From positions 410,378,001-410,442,000 of the forward strand of contig OZ024741.1 in the NCBI GenBank assembly GCA_964016885.1: 64,000 nucleotides of DNA, read 5' to 3'. The translations under genes and the position numbers were made by a program. This DNA comes from Eledone cirrhosa (taxonomy: Eukaryota). Under the pieces are notes generated by a model, which saw only the letters and a program-made list of their open reading frames with translations, made no database searches and was not told the DNA's origin. Every line of letters begins with the position of its first letter. Position 1 is the stretch's first letter. This document shows positions 56,602 through 64,000 of the stretch, one piece after another.

Positions 56602-56893
56602 GCTGTACGGGTCTGAGACTTGGACGCTGACCAAGAAACTGACTCAGATGGTGGATGGGTGCTACACAAGAATGTTGAGGATGGCTCTGAACATTAATCA
56701 GTATACACTGAGGATGAAAAACCCAGAGCTGTATGGGAGCCTCCCAAAAGTCAGCTCAAAAGTGACACAGAGGAAACTGAGGTTAGCTGGACATGCTCAC
56801 CGACATCCAGAGTTGACATTGCACTCAATGCTCCTGTGGGAGTCCCTACATGGACACACTGGAACAGGAAGACCAAGGTTAACGTATGTTGAT
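56600..56893 (+). mobile_element. RTE-clade LINE fragment (region C-terminal to the RT core), inverted relative to its own 3' end
   Basis: The ORF shows LYGSETWTL...DGCYTRMLR...RKLRLAGH..RH.E...LLW...HG....GRPRLTYVD, a conserved C-terminal pattern of RTE-clade non-LTR retrotransposon ORFs. The ATG sits at the inversion junction and the last residues (ILYI) come from the TA flank. Confidence 0.88.
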
Positions 56894-57073
56894 ATATTAT
56901 ATATATAAATTATATATATATATTATATATATTATAAATATAAATTATAAATATAAATTATATATATATATTATATAATTAAATTATAAATATATATTAT
57001 ATATATATATTATATAATTAAATTATAAATATATATTATATATATAAATTATAAATATAAATTATATATATAT

Positions 57074-57075
<2 letters not shown>
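56894..57075. repeat. Pure A/T low-complexity tract with short internal duplications
   Basis: No G/C for ~180 bp; repeated AAATTATAAATATA blocks. Confidence 0.92.
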
Positions 57076-58022
<947 letters not shown>

Positions 58023-58024
58023 AA

Positions 58025-61000
58025 GTTAAAATCACCAGACCAGCAAATACTGTCTATGAGCAACCTCCACCTCTACTAATTAAATCACCAGCAACTACTT
58101 TCTCTAAGCAACCTACACCACTTCTAAATGAATCACCAGCAACTACTGTCTCTGACCAACCTCTACTGTAAAGTAAATCACCAGCAACTACGGTCTCTGA
58201 GCAACCGCTACTTCTATAAATTAAATCACCAGCAACTACTGTCTCTGAGGAGCCTCTACTTCTGTAAATTAAATCACCAGCAACTACTGTCTTTAAAAAA
58301 ACCTCCACCTCTACTAAATAAAATCACCAGCAAATACTGTCTATGAGCAACATCCACCACTACTAATTAAATCACCAGCAACTACTGTCTCTGAGCAACA
58401 TCTACTTCTGTAAATTAAATCACCAGCAACTACTGTTTCTAAGCAACCTCCACCCTTATAATTAAATCACCAGCATCTACTGTCTCTGACCAACCTCTAC
58501 TTCTGTAAATTAAATCACCAGCAATTACTGTATCTGAGCAACCTCTACTTCTGTAAATTCAATCACCAGCAACTACTGTCTCTGAGCAACCTCTACTTCT
58601 GACCATTAAATCACCAGCAACTACTGTCTCTAAGCAACCTACACCTTTACTAATTAAATCACCATCAACCACTGTCTCTAAGCAACCCCCACCTTCACTA
58701 ATTAAATCACCAGCAACTACTGCCTCTAAGCAACCTCCACATTTACTAATTAAATCACCAGCAACTACTGTCTCTGAGGAGCCTCTACATCTGTAAATTA
58801 ATCACCAGCAACTACTGTCTCTAAGCAACCTCCACCTCTTCTAATTAAATCACCAGCAACTACTGCCTCTGAGCAACCTCTACTTCTGTAAATTAAATCA
58901 CCAGCAACTACTGTCTCTAAACAACCTCCACCTCTACTAATTAAAATCACCAGCATCTGTCTCTAAGCAACCTCCACGTCTACTACTTAAATCAGCAGCA
59001 ACTACTGTCTCTAAGCAACCTCTACTTCTGTAAATTAAATCACCAGCAACTAATGTCTCTGAGCAACCTCTACTTCTGTGAATTAAATAACAGCAACTAC
59101 TGTCTCTGAGGAGCCTCTACTTCTGGAAATTAAATCACCAGCAAGTATTGTCTTTGAGCAACCTTCACCTCTACTAATTAAATCATCAGCAACTACTGTC
59201 TCTGAGCAACCTATACTTCTGTAAATTAAATCACCGGCAACTACTGTCTCTACGCAACCTCCACGTCTACTAATTAAATCACCAGCAACTACTGTCACTG
59301 AGCAACCTCTACTTCTGTAAATTAAATCACCAGCAACTACTGTCTCTGATCAACCGCTACTTCTGTAAATTAAATCACCAGCAACTACTGTCTCTAAGCA
59401 ACATCCACCTCTACTAATTAAAATCACCAGCATCTACTGTCTCTAAGCAAACTCCACGTCTACTAATTAAATCACCAGCAACTACTGTCACTGAGCAACC
59501 TCTACTTCTGTAAATTAAATCACCAGCAACTACTGTCTCTGATCAACCGCTACTTCTGTAAATTAAATCACCAGCAACTACTGTCTCTAAGCAACATCCA
59601 CCTCTACTAATTAAAATTAACAGCATCTACTGTCTCTAAGCAACCTCCACCTCTACTAATTAAATCACCAGCAACTACTGTCTCTGAGCAACCTCTACTA
59701 ATGAAAATCGACAGCAACTACTGTCTCTAAAAAAACCTCCACCTCTACTAAATAAATCACCAGCAACTACTGTCTCTGAGCAACCTCTCCTTCTGTAAAT
59801 TAAATCACCAGCAACTACTGTCTCTGAGGAGCTTCTATTTCTGTAAATTAAATCACCAGCAACTACTGTCTCTAAGCAACCTGCACCTCTACTATTTAAA
59901 TCACCAGCAACTACTGTCTCTGAGCAATGTCCACCTCTTCTAATTAAATCAGCAGCAACTACTGTCTCTGAGCAACCTCCACATCTACTAATTAAATCAC
60001 CAGCAACTACCGTCTCTGAGGAGCCTCTACTTCTATAAATAAAATCACCAGCAACTACTGCCTCTCATCAACCTCTACCTCTACTAATTAAATCACCAGC
60101 AACTACCTTCTCTGAGCAACCTCTACTTCTGTAAATTAAATCACCAGCAACTCCTGTCTCTAAGCAACTAACACCTCTTCTAACGAAATCACCAGCAACT
60201 ACTGTCTCTGAGCAACCTCTACTTCTGTAAATTAAATCACTAGCAACTACTGTCTCTGAGCAACCTCTACTTCTGTAAATTAAATCACCAGCAACTACTG
60301 TCTCTGAGCCACCTCTACTTCTGTAAATTAAATCACCAGCAAATACTGTCTCTTAGGAGCCTCTGTTTCTGTGAATTAAATCACCAGAAACTACTGTCTC
60401 TAAGCAACCTCCACCTATACTAATTAAATCACCAGCAAGTACTGTCTCTAAGCAACCTCCACCTCTACTAATTTAAATCACCAGTATCTACTGTCTCTAA
60501 GCAATCTCCACCTCTACTAATTAAAATCACCATCAACTACTGTCTCTAAGCAACCTCCACCTTTACTAATTAAATCACCAGAAACCACTGTCTCTAAGAA
60601 ACCCCACCTCTACTAATTAAATCACCAGCAACTACTGTCTCTGAGCAACCTATACTTCTATCAATTATATCACCAGCAACTACTCTCTGAGCAACCTCTA
60701 CTTCTTTAAATTAAATCACCAGCAACTACTGCCTCTGAGCAACCTCTACTTCTGTAAATTAAATCACCAGCAACTAGTCTCTGAGGAGCCTCTATTTCTG
60801 TAAATTAAATCACCAGCAACCTCTGTCTCTAAGCAACCTCCACGTCTTCAAATTAAATCACTAGCAACTACTGTCTCTAAGCAACCTCCACCTCTTCTAA
60901 TTAAATAAGCATCAACTACTGTCTCTGAGCAACCTCTACTTCTGTAAATTAAATCACCAGCAACTAGTCTCTGAGGAGCCTCTACTTCTGTAAATTAAAT

Positions 61001-64000
61001 CACCAGCAACTACTGTCTCTAAGCAATCTATGCCTCTGTAAATTAAATCACCAGCAACTACTGTCTCTGAGCAACCTCTACTTCTGTAAATTAAATCATC
61101 AGCAACTACTGTCTCTGAGCAACCTCTACTTCTGTAAATGAATTCACCAGCAAATACTGTCTCTGAGGAGCCTATATTTCTGTAAATTAAATCACCAGCA
61201 ACTACTGTCTCTAAGCAACCTCCACCTCTACTAATTAAATCACCAGCAACTACTGGCTCTGAGCAACCTCTACTTCTGTAAATTAAATCACCAGCAACTA
61301 CTGTCTCTGAGGAGCCTAAATTTCTGTAACTTAAATTACTGGCAACTACGGTCTCTAAGCAACCTCCACCTCTACTAATTAAAATCACCAGCAACTACTG
61401 TCTCCGAGCAACCTCCACATCGACTAATTAAAGCACCAGCAACTACTGTCTCTGAGGAGCCTATACTTCTGTAAATTAAATCACCAGCAACTACTGTCAC
61501 TAAGCAACCTACACCTCTTCTAACGAAATCACCAGCAACTACTGTCTTTGAGCAACCTCTACTTCTGTAAATTAAATCACCAGCAACTACTGTCTCTTAG
61601 GAGCCTCTATTTCTGTGAATTAAATCACCAGAAACTACTGTCTCTAAGCAACCTCCACCTCTACTAATTAAATCACCAGCAACTACTGTCTCTAAGCAAC
61701 CTCCACCTCTACTAATTAAAATCACCAGCAGCCACTGTCTCTAAGAAACCCCCACCTCTACTAATTAAATCACCAGCAACTACTGTCTCTAAGCAACATC
61801 CACCTCTACTAATTACTATCACCAGCAACTACTGTCTCTGAGCAAGCTCTACTTCTGTGAATTAAATCACCAGCAACTACTGTCTCTAAGCAACCTCCAC
61901 GTCTTCAAATTAAATCACCAGCAACTACTGTCTCTAAGCAACCTCCACCTCTTCTAATTAAATAAGCATCAACTACTGTCTCTGAGGAGCCTCTACTTCT
62001 GTAAATTAAATCACCAGCAACTACTGTCTCTAAGCAACCTCTACTTCTGTAAATTAAATCACCAGCAACTACTGTCACTGAGCAACCTCTACTTCTGTAA
62101 ATTAAAACACCAGCAACTACTGTCTTTGAGGAGCCTCTATTTCTGTAAATTAAATCACCAGCAACTACTGTCTCTAAGCGACCTCCACCTCTACTAATTA
62201 AATCACCAGCAACTACTGTCTCTAAGCAACCTTCAAATTTACTAATTAAATCACCAGTAACTACTGTCACTGAGCAACCTCCACCTCTTCCAATTAAATC
62301 ACCAGCAACTACTGTCTCTGAGCAACCTCTACTTCTGTAAATTAAATCACCAGTAACTACTGACTCCGAGCAACCTACACATCTACTAATTAAGTCACCA
62401 GCAACTACTGTCTTTGAGGAGCCTATACTTCTGTAAATTAAATCACCAGCAACTACTGTCACTAAGCATCCTACACCTCTTCTAACGAAATCACCAGCAA
62501 CTACTGTCTTTGACCAACCTCTACTTCTTTAAATTAAATCACCAGCAACTACTGCCTCTGAGCAACCTCTACTTCTGTAAATTAAATCACCAGCAACTAG
62601 TCTCTGAGGAGCCTCTATTTCTGTAAATTAAATCACCAGAAACCTCTGTCTCTAAGCAACATCCACGTCTTCAAATTAAATCACTAGCAACTACTGTCTC
62701 TAAGCAACCTCCACCTCTTCTAATTAAATAAGCATCAACTATAGTCTCTGAGCAACCTCTACTTCTGTAAATTAATTCACCAGCAAATACTGTCTCTGAG
62801 GAGCCTCTACTTCTGTAAATTAAATAACCAGCAACTACTGCCTCTGAGCAACCTCTACTTCTGTAAATTAAATCACCAGCAACTAGTCTCTGAGGAGCCT
62901 CTACATCTGTAAATTAAATCACCAGCAACTACTGTCTCTACGCAACCTCCAACTCTACTAATTAAATCACCAGCAACTACTGTCTCTGAGCAACCTCTAC
63001 TTCTGTAAATTAAATCACCAGCAACTAGTCTCTGAGGAGCCTCTACATCTGTAAATTAAATCACCAGCAAATACTGTCTCTAAGCAAACTCCACCTCTTA
63101 TAATTAAATCACCAGCAACTACTGCCTCTAAGCAACCTCCACCTCTACTAATTAAAATCACCAGCAACTACTTTCTCTGAGCAACCTCCACCTCTACTAA
63201 TTAAAATCACCAGCAACTACTGTCTCTGAGCAACCTCTACTTCTGTAAATTAAATCACCAGCAACTACTGTCTCTAAGCAACCTACACTTCTTCTGATTA
63301 AATCATCAGCAACTACTGTCTTTGAGCAACCTCTACTTCTGTAAATTAAATCTCCAGCAACTACTGTCTCTAAGCAAACTCCACCTTTACTAATTAAATC
63401 ACCAGCAACCACTGTCTCTAAGCAACCCCACCTTTACTAATTAAATCACCAGCAACTACTGTCTCTAAGCAACCTCCAACTTTACTAATTAAATCACCGG
63501 CAACTACTGTCTCTGAGCAACCTCCAGCTCTTCAAATTAAATCAGCAGCAACTACTGGTTCTGAGCAACCTCTACTTCTATAAAGTAAATCACCAGCAAC
63601 TACTGTCTCTGAGGAGCCTTAACTTCTGTAAATTAAATCACCGGCAACTACTGTCTCTAAGCAACCTCCATCTCTACTAATTAAAATCACCAGCAACTAC
63701 TGTGACTAACCAACCTACACCTCTTCTAACGAAATCACCAGCAACTACTGTCTTTGAGCAGCCTCTACTTCTGTAAATTAAATTACCAGCAATTACTGTC
63801 TCTGAGCATCCTATACTTCTGTAAATTAAATCACCAGCAACTACTGGCTCTGAGCAACCTCTACTTCTGTCAATTAAATCACCAGCAACTACTGTCTCTG
63901 AGCAACCTCTACTTCTGTAAATTAAATCACCAGCAACTACTGTCTCTAAGCAACCTCCAACTCTACTGATTAAATCACCAGCAACTACTGTCTCTGAGCA
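58025..64000. repeat. 48-bp satellite array (~120 monomers; open at right edge) with two main monomer types
   Basis: Shared core AATTAAATCACCAGCAACTACTGTCTCT, followed by GAGCAACCTCTACTTCTGTA or AAGCAACCTCCACCTCTACT, plus a GAGGAGCC variant. Visibly more diverged than the 49-bp array. Confidence 0.97.

Noticed and set aside
56600-56908. 102-aa ORF as a functional gene
   Set aside because: It is a LINE remnant lacking the RT and endonuclease cores; its start lies at the inversion junction and its stop comes from the TA flank.
58054-63969. ORFs encoding 16-aa repeat proteins (ETVVAGDLI..., LNHQQLLSL...)
   Set aside because: They follow from the 48-bp period. Frequent 1-2 bp indels (AATTAAAATC, AACTAGTCTC, TAACGAAATC) break the frame, and ORFs appear on both strands.
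58025-64000. Repeat-spacer (CRISPR-like or cassette) architecture
   Set aside because: The variable halves are a few closely related alleles, not independent spacers.

Overview
Eukaryotic, AT-rich, gene-free repeat window at the edge of a large satellite block. Bases 1-~54345 are one uninterrupted 49-bp satellite (~1100 monomers) with nested higher-order repeats (about 435 bp, 1453 bp, 3.0-3.3 kb, 6.86 kb, plus long-range copies) and a diverged edge. The last monomer runs into a ~240-bp TTAA-flanked element whose right end is an inverted copy of the monomer core, so the array looks like the amplified left end of a piggyBac-like MITE. A ~3.7-kb junction follows, containing a 37-bp minisatellite, a tRNA-like cloverleaf with Pol III boxes and a terminator, an RTE-clade LINE 3' fragment with twin-priming-type inversion geometry, and a 481-bp tandem duplication holding (TA)n. 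A 48-bp satellite fills ~58025 to the window end. I found no intact host gene, CRISPR array or multi-gene system; apart from the LINE remnant, the listed ORFs are repeat translations. All periods were counted by hand.
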